A stretch of DNA of 64,000 bases from assembly GCA_035776655.1 (NCBI GenBank), contig DASTWK010000092.1, forward strand, positions 6,259 to 70,258, in the 5' to 3' direction. The stretch comes from Mycobacteriales bacterium (lineage in GTDB: Bacteria; Actinomycetota; Actinomycetes; JAFAQI01). Positions 35,534-46,686 of this stretch are shown piece by piece (the stretch's first letter is position 1; each line of letters begins with the position of its first letter). The notes under the pieces were generated by a model. The model saw only the letters and a program-made list of their open reading frames with translations. It ran no database searches and had not been told where the DNA came from. Both the position numbers and the translations under genes were made by a program.

Positions 35534-36223
35534 GTGCGCGCCGCGATCGACTGGCAGCCGTCGCTGTTCGACGGGGGGCCGGTGGCGCTCGACCTCGACT
35601 ACGGCGCGATGCGCCGGATCGTGCTCGACGAGCGGTCGTGGGTCGACTACTGCCCCGGCTGGCTGTCCGGCTCCGACGTCGTCTTCGACGAACTGGCCGG
35701 GGAGGCACGCTGGCAGCAGCGCACGGTGCACATGTACGACCGGACGCTGCCCGAGCCGCGGCTCACCGCGGGGTGGTCGACCGACGCCGCCGACGACGGC
35801 ACCAACGCGGTGCCGCCGGCGTTGCGTGACATGGCGTCGGCGTTGTCGGAGCGTTACTGCGTCGGCTTCGACCGCATCTGGGTCAACCTCTACCGGGACG
35901 GCGCCGACAGCGTCGCCTGGCACGGTGACCGCAACCGGCTGGTCATGACCAGGCCGATGGTCGCGACGGTGAGTCTCGGCGCCCGGCGCAAGTTCCTGCT
36001 CCGCCCGCGCGGCACGTCCCGCGCGCTGCACCGGCTCGAGCCCGGGCACGGCGACCTCGTGGTCATGGGTGGGGAGTGCCAGAGCGAGTGGGAGCACACC
36101 GTGCCCAAGACGAAGCAACGGGTCGGCGCTCGCATGTCGGTGACGATCCGTCATTCGCAGCCGGCGCCCGGGGAGCGCTGGTTGCGCGAGCCGCTGTCGA
36201 CCGCCCCCGGCCACGCCTGGTAG
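35534..36223 (+). CDS. AlkB-like 2OG-Fe(II) dioxygenase
   Basis: NLYRDGADSVAWHGDR (HxD), TVSLGARRKFLLRP and GDLVVMGGECQSEWEHTVPK. The start is uncertain: GTG 35534 is preferred and 35402 is possible. Confidence 0.8.
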   Translation: MRAAIDWQPSLFDGGPVALDLDYGAMRRIVLDERSWVDYCPGWLSGSDVVFDELAGEARWQQRTVHMYDRTLPEPRLTAGWSTDAADDGTNAVPPALRDMASALSERYCVGFDRIWVNLYRDGADSVAWHGDRNRLVMTRPMVATVSLGARRKFLLRPRGTSRALHRLEPGHGDLVVMGGECQSEWEHTVPKTKQRVGARMSVTIRHSQPAPGERWLREPLSTAPGHAW

Positions 36224-36322
36224 CCGCGCGCCTGCCCGCAGCCGCGGAAGCAGCGTGCGTTCGCGGAACCGCTTCCAGCTCTCCCTCGACTCGTGGATGC
36301 CATGATCGTCCACAAGACGCGA

Positions 36323-37573
36323 TCAGCGGAATTGCATGCTCGTTCGTCCCGGTTCGGCCCTTGGAGTCCACAGCGACAAGGACGATGGTGCGACCGCCAG
36401 GTGCACGATGTCGGTCAGGCGGGCGTTCAGCGACTCCACGCTCACGGCCTCACGCACATCGGATGAGAACGCCTCGATCAGCTGGGCGGCGTCATATCGG
36501 CTGCGGTTGAAGCGCTTGTCGACGGCAGACTGCACCCGTCGACGCATCGGGTGAAACAGAGCGGCGGCGGCGAGCGTGGAGGCGGCTACGCCCAGCGACG
36601 ACTGGAGGTGGACCAGTCGCGTGGTCAACGACACCAGGCCAACGTAGAAACCCGCGAGCAGGGCGGTGAGGAGGGCGTAGGAGACCGTCCTGCTGATCAC
36701 GCGGTCGATGTCGTAGAGGTGATAACGCAGCACGGCGACTGCCACTGCGGCGGCCATGCCGTCAATCGCGATCAGCAACGCCAGGGTCGCCAGTCCGAAG
36801 TTCGGGCCGTGACCATGGTCCGTAGGAAGCGCGACGATGAACACCAGGACACCGCCCAGCGCGGGCAGGGCCATCCACTTGCGCTGCAGCCGTTCGATAC
36901 CGCTCGACCGCCAGTAGCGGACGATGGACCACAACACGACCACCGGAACGCTGATGACGACGACGGCAGTCAGGAAGCTGACCCCGCGCTGAAGAACGTC
37001 GCCCACGCCGCTGACGTAATACGGATTGGCGACGCTCGGGCCGTTGCGGGGCAGGTGCAGCCGGGGCCGCGTTGCCAGCGCGGTGACGAGCACAACCGCG
37101 TCCGCCACCAAAATGGCTGCCGGGATGCGCCACCGTCGCGGGAGGTGCCCCTGCGGAAACAGCAGCAGCAGGAGGACGAGCAGGACGAACGTGATCGCGG
37201 ACGCCCAGTTGTTCACATTCAGAGCCAGCTGCGCAAACGCAGAGTTGTTCCCGCCAGGCACGAACCGGCTCGCCGCGATCCCGTCGGAGGCGGTCTCCAC
37301 CGCGACGGCGACGCCCACAGCCATCATCGCGAGCCCAACACGATTCTTCGGCCGCCGAGAGACAACAAGGGCACCAGCGACGGCCGGCCCGGTCCAGGCC
37401 ACCGCCCATCCGATACCGCTTCGATCAAGCGGCTCGCCCAGAGGCACATACAGGCCAACGAGGGCCAACCCACACACGACCCACGCAGCCACGGAAACAG
37501 CGAGGTGTGGTTCGCCTCGCGTGTCCTGGCCGCGAACGGCCCCTGCGGTCACCGGCTTATCTTGACCCGTCAC
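36323..37573 (-). CDS. polytopic integral membrane protein of unknown function
   Basis: 416 aa with about 10 hydrophobic segments, followed by a soluble tail (DKRFNRSRYDAAQLIEAFSSDVREAV). It is visibly less GC-rich than the flanks. Confidence 0.7.
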   Translation of the reverse strand: MTGQDKPVTAGAVRGQDTRGEPHLAVSVAAWVVCGLALVGLYVPLGEPLDRSGIGWAVAWTGPAVAGALVVSRRPKNRVGLAMMAVGVAVAVETASDGIAASRFVPGGNNSAFAQLALNVNNWASAITFVLLVLLLLLFPQGHLPRRWRIPAAILVADAVVLVTALATRPRLHLPRNGPSVANPYYVSGVGDVLQRGVSFLTAVVVISVPVVVLWSIVRYWRSSGIERLQRKWMALPALGGVLVFIVALPTDHGHGPNFGLATLALLIAIDGMAAAVAVAVLRYHLYDIDRVISRTVSYALLTALLAGFYVGLVSLTTRLVHLQSSLGVAASTLAAAALFHPMRRRVQSAVDKRFNRSRYDAAQLIEAFSSDVREAVSVESLNARLTDIVHLAVAPSSLSLWTPRAEPGRTSMQFR

Positions 37574-37665
37574 CGTTACGAAAACGTCCTCTTCGGCGAC
37601 GGACGGGCTCCCTTTCCCCCTGGCGAGGCTGCGTCATGGCCCGCGCCGGGTAGCTGTCAGTAGCC

Positions 37666-38388
37666 TTGCCGCCCGTGGCCGACGTGACCGAAGAGACCGA
37701 GTCGAAGACCTACCGGCAATACCGCTTCTCGCTCCCCGAAGGCGCGACCGACCTGCTGATCGTCCGGCACGGCGAGTCGGCGCCCGCCCGCCTGGACGTC
37801 CCGGCGCCACGGGTCGAGGGACACAGCGACCCTGAGCTCGCGCCGGAGGGACGGGAGCAGGCCGAGCAGCTCGCGGACCGGCTCGCGCACGAGCACATCG
37901 ACGCCATCTACGTGACGACGCTGCGTCGCACGGTCGAAACGGCGGCACCGCTCGCCGCGCGGCTCGGTCTCGAGCCGCGCGTCGAGCCGGACCTCCGCGA
38001 GATCCATCTCGGGGATTGGGAGGGCGTGGCGTTTCGCAAGTACGTGAGCGAGCACCACCCGATCGCCGTACAGATGTTCCTCGAGCAGCGCTGGGACGTC
38101 ATCCCCGGCGCCGAGAGCAACGAGGCGTTCGCCACCCGCGTCCGCCGGGGGATGGAGCGCATCATCGCCGCCCACCCAGGTCAACGCGTGGTCGTCGTCG
38201 TCCACGGCGGTGTGATCGGGCAGATGATGGCGCTCGCCAGCGGTGCGTCGGCGTTCGGGTTCATCGGCGCCGACAACGCGTCGATCTCGCAGATCGTCGC
38301 GATGCCGCAGCCGTGGGTGATCCGCCGCTACAACGACACGGCGCACCTCGACCCGAAGTTCACGTTGGTCCCGACACCGCTGACCTGA
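37666..38388 (+). CDS. histidine phosphatase (phosphoglycerate-mutase-like) family protein
   Basis: LLIVRHGES catalytic motif and a later VVVVHGGVI. The TTG/GTG start is uncertain. Confidence 0.85.
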   Translation: MPPVADVTEETESKTYRQYRFSLPEGATDLLIVRHGESAPARLDVPAPRVEGHSDPELAPEGREQAEQLADRLAHEHIDAIYVTTLRRTVETAAPLAARLGLEPRVEPDLREIHLGDWEGVAFRKYVSEHHPIAVQMFLEQRWDVIPGAESNEAFATRVRRGMERIIAAHPGQRVVVVVHGGVIGQMMALASGASAFGFIGADNASISQIVAMPQPWVIRRYNDTAHLDPKFTLVPTPLT

Positions 38389-38429
38389 CGGCACGCGCCG
38401 CGCGCGTTCCGTCGCGATACCGTCCGCTC

Positions 38430-39152
38430 GTGCCGGACATCGACTTCCCCGCCAGCGATGGGGTGCTGCGTGGTTACCTCGCGACGCCAGCAGGTGCCGG
38501 GCCGTGGCCGGGTGTGGTCGTGGTGCACGAGGCGTTCGGGCTCACCGACGACATTCGCCGGCAGGCGGATCGTTTCGCAGACCACGGCTACCTCGCGTTG
38601 GCGCCGGACCTCTACTCCTGGGCCAGCACCCCCCGCTGCCTCGTCGCGACGTTCAAGGCGATGGCGGCCGGCCGCGGCCGCGCCATCGACGACCTGCAGC
38701 GCGCGCGCCGGTTCCTCGCTGACCGCGGCGACTGCACCGGCAACGTGGGCGTGATCGGCTTCTGCCTCGGTGGCGGTTTCGCGTTGCTCGTCGCCGCCGA
38801 GGGCTTCGCCGCCGCGGCGCCGAACTACGGGCAGCTGCCGCGCCAACCGGAGCGCGTCCTCGCCGGAAGCTGTCCCATCGTGGCGTCGTACGGCGCCAAG
38901 GACTGGACACTGCGCGGCGCCGCACCGAAGCTGGAGCGGACGCTGGCCCGGCTGAGCGTGCCGCACGACGTGAAGGAGTACGCCGATGCCGGCCACGGGT
39001 TCCTGTTCGAGCACCACGGCAAGGTGAAGCTGATGGAGCCGTGGATGGTGCGGTACGACGCGGCCGCCGCCGACGACGCTTGGCGGCGCATCTTCGACTT
39101 CTTCGATGAGCACCTGAAGGTTTCTGGCGAGGACACGGGAGGGGCGGCATGA
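38430..39152 (+). CDS. dienelactone hydrolase family protein
   Basis: GVVVVHEAFGL and the nucleophile-elbow-like GVIGFCLGG, with His in DAGHGF. Confidence 0.85.
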   Translation: MPDIDFPASDGVLRGYLATPAGAGPWPGVVVVHEAFGLTDDIRRQADRFADHGYLALAPDLYSWASTPRCLVATFKAMAAGRGRAIDDLQRARRFLADRGDCTGNVGVIGFCLGGGFALLVAAEGFAAAAPNYGQLPRQPERVLAGSCPIVASYGAKDWTLRGAAPKLERTLARLSVPHDVKEYADAGHGFLFEHHGKVKLMEPWMVRYDAAAADDAWRRIFDFFDEHLKVSGEDTGGAA

Positions 39153-39610
39153 GCGACGTCGAGGTGTCGGCACAGGTCCCGGCGGACCCGGTGACCGTGT
39201 GGGGCATGGTCAGCGATGTCACGCGGATGGGGCAGTGGAGTCCGGAGACCACCAGCTGCCGCTGGCTCGACGGCGCCGACGGGCCGGCACCGGGCGCCCG
39301 GTTCCGAGGCAGCAACAAGTACGGATTCCGTCGGTGGTCGACGACGTGCACGGTGACCGATGCCGACGAGGGGAAGCGGTTCGGCTTCGACGTCGCCTAC
39401 GGCGGGACGCCCATCTCGCACTGGGACTACACGTTCACCGCGACCGACGGCGGCACCACCGTCACCGAGTCCTGGACCGACCGCCGTCCGACGTGGATGA
39501 GGTTGCTGTCGACTCCGGTGATGGGCATCGCCGACCGGGCCGGTCACAACCGCCGCAGCATGCAACAGACGCTGGAGTCGTTGAAGGCCGCCGCCGCACC
39601 CGCCGACTGA
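39149..39610 (+). CDS. SRPBCC (polyketide cyclase/dehydrase-like) family protein
   Basis: 153 aa. VWGMVSDVTRMGQWSPE is typical of SRPBCC proteins. The start overlaps the upstream stop (ATGA). Confidence 0.8.
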   Translation: MSDVEVSAQVPADPVTVWGMVSDVTRMGQWSPETTSCRWLDGADGPAPGARFRGSNKYGFRRWSTTCTVTDADEGKRFGFDVAYGGTPISHWDYTFTATDGGTTVTESWTDRRPTWMRLLSTPVMGIADRAGHNRRSMQQTLESLKAAAAPAD

Positions 39611-39671
39611 GGCGACTGTCGAGATCCGGGGCCGGGCGGGCGGTGCTCGCCAATCCGGCCCGCTTCTGGTC

Positions 39672-41018
39672 ATGATGGTGCGCGTGATCCCGTCGCCGGT
39701 CCGGTTCGCACCGAGCCCTGGTGGGCGCATCGCCTACCGCACCCTGGGGGAAGGCCCCCTCGATCTCGTCATCTACCCGACCGGTGCATGGAACATCGAC
39801 CTGGTCTGGGACGAGCCGCGGGCGGAACGATGGCTGCGGCAGCTCGCGTCGTTCTCCCGGGTCATCCTCTTCAACGCTCGCGGCAGCGGCGGCTCGGACC
39901 CGATCCCCGCCGGCATCACCCTCGAGGACTGGGCGCTGGACACGTTACGCGTGCTGGACGCCCTTGGCGTCGAGCGGGCGTCGTACTTGTGGTTCGGGGA
40001 GACAGTGGTGTCGGGGCTGCTGTCAGCGGCCGCATACCCCGACCGGGCCGGCGCGATCGTGGCGGTCGACGGCTACGCCCGGCTGCGCCGTGCGCCGGAC
40101 TACCCGTTCGGAATGCCGGACGAGACGTTGCACAAGATGGACGTGCAGCTCGTCGAGATGTGGGGCAGCGGCGCGGTGACGCGGATGCTGGTCCCAGCGG
40201 AAGCGGCGGACACGCGGTTTCTCGACTGGTACGGCCGCTTCGAGCGCACCACAGCGAGTCCCGCCATGTTTGCCGTCATTCGCCGGATGTTCGGCGACAG
40301 CGACGTGCGCGCGATCCTGCCGTCGGTGCAGGCGCCGACGCTCGTGATCTCCCACACCGACGATCGATACATCCGGCGCGGGCACGCGCAATATCTTGCC
40401 GACCACATTCCCGACGCCAAGCTGGTCGAGCGACCCGGCCCCGCCGGCATCGCGTGGCTCACCGACGTGCCCGGAACCCTGGCCGAGGTGCAGAACTTCC
40501 TGACCGGTGTCCCGTCGCTGCCGGACATCGAAGACCGGTTTCTCGCTGCCGTGCTCTTCACGGACATCGTCGACTCGACCAGCCGAGCCGCCGCGCTCGG
40601 TGACGCCGCCTGGCGGCGGCTGCTCGACGAGCACGACCGGGTGCTGGCACGGGTGGTGGAACGGTTCCGCGGCCGTCTCATCAAGTCCACCGGCGACGGG
40701 GTTCTCGCCACGTTCGACGGCCCCGCCCGCGCGATCCGGTGTGGCCTGGCGATGCAGGCCGCGGCGGCTGACATCGGGCTGCAGATCAGGGTCGGTCTGC
40801 ATGCCGGAGAGGTCGAGCAACGCGGCGACGACGTCGGCGGCATCGCCGTTGCCATCGCCGCGCGGGTGATGGCCGAGGCTGCGTCCGAGGAGGTGCTGGT
40901 CTCCAGCGCCGTACCGCCGCTGGTCGCGGGAGCCGGGCTGTCGTTCGTCGACCGCGGCAGCCGGGTCCTGAAGGGTGTGCCCGGCGAATGGCGCGTGCTC
41001 GCCGCCACCGCCGCCTGA
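39672..41018 (+). CDS. alpha/beta-hydrolase - class III adenylate/guanylate cyclase fusion (LipJ-like architecture)
   Basis: N-terminal hydrolase-fold region, then the cyclase core AVLFTDIVDSTS, STGDGVLATFD and RVGLHAGEVE. Confidence 0.85.
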   Translation: MMVRVIPSPVRFAPSPGGRIAYRTLGEGPLDLVIYPTGAWNIDLVWDEPRAERWLRQLASFSRVILFNARGSGGSDPIPAGITLEDWALDTLRVLDALGVERASYLWFGETVVSGLLSAAAYPDRAGAIVAVDGYARLRRAPDYPFGMPDETLHKMDVQLVEMWGSGAVTRMLVPAEAADTRFLDWYGRFERTTASPAMFAVIRRMFGDSDVRAILPSVQAPTLVISHTDDRYIRRGHAQYLADHIPDAKLVERPGPAGIAWLTDVPGTLAEVQNFLTGVPSLPDIEDRFLAAVLFTDIVDSTSRAAALGDAAWRRLLDEHDRVLARVVERFRGRLIKSTGDGVLATFDGPARAIRCGLAMQAAAADIGLQIRVGLHAGEVEQRGDDVGGIAVAIAARVMAEAASEEVLVSSAVPPLVAGAGLSFVDRGSRVLKGVPGEWRVLAATAA

Positions 41019-41025
41019 TCGGCCG

Positions 41026-41847
41026 TTACAGCGAGAGGTCGACGACCACGGGGGCGTGGTCGCTGGGACCTTTGCCCTTGCGTGCCTCGCGGTCGACGTA
41101 CGCGTCGGTGACCGAGGCCGCGACCGACTTGCTGGCGAGCACGAGGTCGATCCGCGTGCCCATGCCCTTGTGGAAGCACCCGGCGCGGTAGTCCCAGTAG
41201 GTGAACGGGTGATCGCCCTTCAATGCCCGCGCCTCGAGGTCGGTGAGGCCGAGGTCGACCAGCGCGCGGTACGCCGTTCGCTCCGCGTCCGTCACGTGCG
41301 TGGACTCGGCGAAGGGGGCCACGTCCCACACGTCGGCGTCCGTAGGCGCGATGTTGAAGTCCCCCATCACCGCGAACCGCTCGTGCGCCTCGACCTCCGG
41401 CGCGAGCGCATCGCGCAACGCCGCCAGCCACTCGAGCTTGTAGGCGTAGTGCGGGCTGTCCAGCGACCGGCCGTTCGGGACGTAGAGCGACCAGACCCGC
41501 AGCCCGCCGCAGGTCGCCCCGACGGCACGCGCCTCGACCGTCGGCGGCTTGCCGACCAGCGCGGGGTCGTCCTCGTCGATCGGTGGCGCGTACGCCGGCT
41601 GCCCGGGAAAGCCGAGCGACACGTCCTCCAGCCCGACCCGGGACAGGATGGCGACCCCGTTCCACCGGCCCTCGCCGTTGGCGACCACCTCGTAGCCCAG
41701 CTCCTCGGCCCGCTCCCCGGGAAAGGCGTCCGCGGCGCACTTCGTCTCCTGCAGGCACAGCACGTCCGGCTCCGCAAGCTCGAGCCACTCGTTCAACCGT
41801 GGCAGGCGGGCCCCCACCGAGTTGACGTTCCACGTCGCGATCCGCAC
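41026..41847 (-). CDS. xthA: exodeoxyribonuclease III
   Basis: MRIATWNVNS, CLQETK and GDFNIAP, with a C-terminal SDHAPVVVDL. Confidence 0.93.
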   Translation of the reverse strand: MRIATWNVNSVGARLPRLNEWLELAEPDVLCLQETKCAADAFPGERAEELGYEVVANGEGRWNGVAILSRVGLEDVSLGFPGQPAYAPPIDEDDPALVGKPPTVEARAVGATCGGLRVWSLYVPNGRSLDSPHYAYKLEWLAALRDALAPEVEAHERFAVMGDFNIAPTDADVWDVAPFAESTHVTDAERTAYRALVDLGLTDLEARALKGDHPFTYWDYRAGCFHKGMGTRIDLVLASKSVAASVTDAYVDREARKGKGPSDHAPVVVDLSL

Positions 41848-41941
41848 CCGCTCACCCTATGGCGGCCGCATCTGTCGGGCAGCCGACTGCCCGGGCGTCA
41901 CCATCGCGACATCCCGGACGAAGCGGACGCAGACTTCGGTC

Positions 41942-42994
41942 ATGTGGACGGTGACCCTCGCCGACCTCCGGATGCGAGCGCGGCAGTTCGCCGTCGCCGT
42001 CCTCGGCGCCACGCTGGTCTTCGCGATGGCGCTGATCATGGCGGGGCTGGCCGGCAGCTTCGACGCCGAGGCGCGGCGAACCGTCGCCTCCGTCGGTGCG
42101 GACAGCTACGTCGTCGGCTCCGGCGTCGGCGGGCCCTTCACCAGCCCGGCCGCCTTGCCCGGCCGGATGCTCGCGACGATCCGCCACGAGCCAGGTGTGC
42201 TGCAGGCTGATCCGCTCGTGGTGCAGCCGAGCCTGGCCGTGAGTACGCCGACCGGCAAGCAGTTCGTGCACCTCATCGGTGTCCGCCCCGACGGCCTCGG
42301 AGCGCCGCACGTCGGCACCGGCCGGCCCTTGGCCGGCGCCGGCCAGGCCGTTGTCGACGACATCACGAAGTTGAGTGTCGGCCAGACGTTTTCCATCGGG
42401 CCGCACCGGTTCACCGTCGTGGGTACGGTCCACGGGCTGGACTACCTCGCCGGCGTACCGATCGTCTTCCTCACCTTGCACGACGCGCAGCAGGCGGCGC
42501 TCGGCGGTCACCGTGACATGACCGCGGTGGCCGTGCGCGGCATCCCGCAGTCGGTGCCGCACGGCCTCACCGTCATGTCCGCCGATCAGGCGCGGCAGGA
42601 CATCCTCGTGCCGTTGCAGCAGGCCAAGGGCTCGATCTCCACGATCCGCAACTTCCTGTTCTGCGTGGCCGTCGTCATCATCGCGGTGGTCGTCTATCTG
42701 TCGGCACTGGAACGGCGCCGCGACTTCGCCGTGCTCAAGGCGATCGGCTCCTCCACCCGTTGGCTCTACGGCGGGATGGCGGTGCAGGCCGCGACGATCG
42801 CGCTGCTCAGCGGGCTCCTCGCCCTCGCGATCGAACCGTTGATGGCGGCCGGCATCCCGATGCAGCTCGCCGTGCCCGGTTCGGCGCGGGCCGCCCTGCC
42901 CGTGCTGGCCCTGGCGATCGGCCTGCTGGCGAGCCTCGCCGGCCTGCGGCAAGCGGTGCGCGCCGACCCCGCCCTGGCCTTCGGGAGCGCGTGA
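41942..42994 (+). CDS. FtsX-like ABC transporter permease
   Basis: An N-terminal TM, a large extracytoplasmic loop and three C-terminal TMs, matching MacB/FtsX topology. Confidence 0.8.
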   Translation: MWTVTLADLRMRARQFAVAVLGATLVFAMALIMAGLAGSFDAEARRTVASVGADSYVVGSGVGGPFTSPAALPGRMLATIRHEPGVLQADPLVVQPSLAVSTPTGKQFVHLIGVRPDGLGAPHVGTGRPLAGAGQAVVDDITKLSVGQTFSIGPHRFTVVGTVHGLDYLAGVPIVFLTLHDAQQAALGGHRDMTAVAVRGIPQSVPHGLTVMSADQARQDILVPLQQAKGSISTIRNFLFCVAVVIIAVVVYLSALERRRDFAVLKAIGSSTRWLYGGMAVQAATIALLSGLLALAIEPLMAAGIPMQLAVPGSARAALPVLALAIGLLASLAGLRQAVRADPALAFGSA

Positions 42995-44022
42995 TGGCCC
43001 TGCTCGACGTGCATGACCTGGTTGTCGAATACATCAGCGGGGACTATGTCGTCCGTCCGCTGGACGGGCTGAATCTCGCCGCCGACGACGGTGAGCTGGT
43101 GCTGCTGCTCGGCCCCAGCGGCTCGGGCAAGACGACGCTGCTGTCCTGCCTCGCCGGCATCCTGACGCCCACGTCCGGCTCGATCACGGTCGCCGGTCGT
43201 CAGGTGACCGCGCTCGATGCTGCGGCCCTCGCTCGCTATCGCCGCGAGACCGTCGGCGTCGTCTTCCAGGGGTTCAACCTGATCGCCAGCCTGTCGGCGC
43301 GGGAGAACGTCGGCGTGCCACTCCGGCTGTCCGGTCGGCGTGGTCGCGACATCCGCTCCCGCGCCGATGCGTTGCTCGACAGCGTCGGGCTGGGCGACCG
43401 GCTCGGGCACCGACCGGGGCAGCTGTCGGGCGGCCAGCAGCAGCGGGTCGCCATCGCGCGCGCCCTCGCACTCAACCCGCCGGTGCTGCTAGCCGACGAG
43501 CCGACCGCGCACCTCGACCATGTTCAGGTCGAGGTGGTGGTCGGGCTGCTGCGCCGGCTGGCCGCTCCCGGTCGCACGGTGCTCGTCGCCACTCACGACG
43601 ACCGGATGATCCCGCTCGCCGACCAGGTCGTGGAGATGGCGCCGAAGCTCACGGCTGAGGTCGTGGCGCCGGCGCGGGTGGAGCTCAAGAAGGGGGAGCT
43701 GGTCTTCGCGCAGGGCAGCCGGGGCACCCTCGTCTACGTCGTCGAGTCGGGGCGCATCGAGATCGTGCGCGAGCTCGCGAACGGCAGTGAGGAGCGGCTG
43801 GCGCTGGTCGGCCCGGGGGAGTACTTCGGCGAGCTCGGCCCGATGCTCGGCCTGCCCCGCAGCGCCACCGCACGCGCGATGCAGAAGTCTGTTCTCACCT
43901 CCTATTCCGCGCGCGACTTCCGGCACCGCGCCGGGGCCGGGGAGCGGGAGCGGATCAAGCTCATCGAGCCTCGCACCGCCGCGAGCCCGCGCCGCGAGCG
44001 CGCGGCCAGCGCGACGAAATAG
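42994..44022 (+). CDS. ABC transporter ATP-binding protein fused to a C-terminal cyclic-nucleotide-binding domain
   Basis: Walker [10 protein letters not shown], signature LSGGQQQR and Walker B LLADEPT. The following cNMP module has GELVFAQG...[21 protein letters not shown]. The ATG overlaps the permease stop. Confidence 0.88.
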   Translation: MALLDVHDLVVEYISGDYVVRPLDGLNLAADDGELVLLLGPSGSGKTTLLSCLAGILTPTSGSITVAGRQVTALDAAALARYRRETVGVVFQGFNLIASLSARENVGVPLRLSGRRGRDIRSRADALLDSVGLGDRLGHRPGQLSGGQQQRVAIARALALNPPVLLADEPTAHLDHVQVEVVVGLLRRLAAPGRTVLVATHDDRMIPLADQVVEMAPKLTAEVVAPARVELKKGELVFAQGSRGTLVYVVESGRIEIVRELANGSEERLALVGPGEYFGELGPMLGLPRSATARAMQKSVLTSYSARDFRHRAGAGERERIKLIEPRTAASPRRERAASATK

Positions 44023-44089
44023 CTGCCGGAGCTGCCGGGAGTTCGCGGCGCGACGGGCAGCAGCGCCGGCGCCGGTAGCCTGGTATGTC

Positions 44090-45985
<1,896 letters not shown>

Positions 45986-46223
45986 ACTCCTCCCGGTTTG
46001 CCCGGCCTCGGACGATGGTCGGCACTTCACCAGCGCCGGGTCGCGCTCACGGTGATGAGGGACTAACCCGTGCGGCCGTCGCGGAATGCGCTGACCGTGC
46101 GCTACGTTGTCCTACAGGACGCCGCGAGGCGTCCGCCGGCTCGATCCATGGCCCCCGGTCCCAACCTTTGTCGCTACGAGCGAACCTGTGCCGAGAGGCA
46201 GACCTGGCGAGTCGGTGCGCGAG

Positions 46224-46247
46224 GCCCCGGAGAGACTCCGGGGCTTT
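46224..46247 (+). terminator. intrinsic-terminator-like hairpin with T-run
   Basis: GCCCCGGAG-aga-CTCCGGGGC followed by TTT. It lies 240 nt after the typA stop and 23 nt beyond the stop of the convergent gene. Confidence 0.55.
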
Positions 46248-46269
46248 CGTGTGTCCGGGGCGATCGCGG

Positions 46270-46644
46270 TCAGGAGTCGGGGCGGGCGGTGCGGTGACCG
46301 CGCCGGCGTTCCAGCCGGCCGAAGAAGACCGGGTCGTCGAGGTCGACGTCACCGAGGGCGCCGCGCAGCAGCTGTAGGGCGTTGCGGGTGAGGGCGTCGG
46401 CGTCCTCGGCAGAGATGCCGAGCTCCTCCGCCACGCCGCCGTGCCCTTCGCCGAAGCCGAACGCCACCACTGCCGCAGACCGCTCGGCCGGCGGCAGGGT
46501 CGCGAGCGCCTCGTACAGGCGCTGGACCAGTTCCTCGTCGGACACGCCTTCGCTGGAGCGCACGTTGTCCGCGATCGTGCCGGGGGAGATCGGCCGCAGT
46601 CGCGGCCCGCGCTGCTGCCCTCGCTGCCGGTCGTCTGCCATCAC
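46270..46644 (-). CDS. small protein consisting essentially of a sigma-70 region-4-like HTH
   Basis: LPPAERSAAVVAFGFGEGHGGVAEELGISAEDADALTRNALQLLR resembles sigma region 4.2. No region 2 is present. Confidence 0.6.
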   Translation of the reverse strand: MMADDRQRGQQRGPRLRPISPGTIADNVRSSEGVSDEELVQRLYEALATLPPAERSAAVVAFGFGEGHGGVAEELGISAEDADALTRNALQLLRGALGDVDLDDPVFFGRLERRRGHRTARPDS

Positions 46645-46686
46645 GCCCAGGCTAGCCCGCCCGGTTCGCCTCCGGATCGCGCGACG

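Noticed and set aside
46070-46297. 75-aa Cys-containing ORF in the typA downstream gap.
   Set aside because: It has a mediocre third-position bias and no RBS. It runs through the terminator hairpin and into the convergent gene. It is more likely non-coding.
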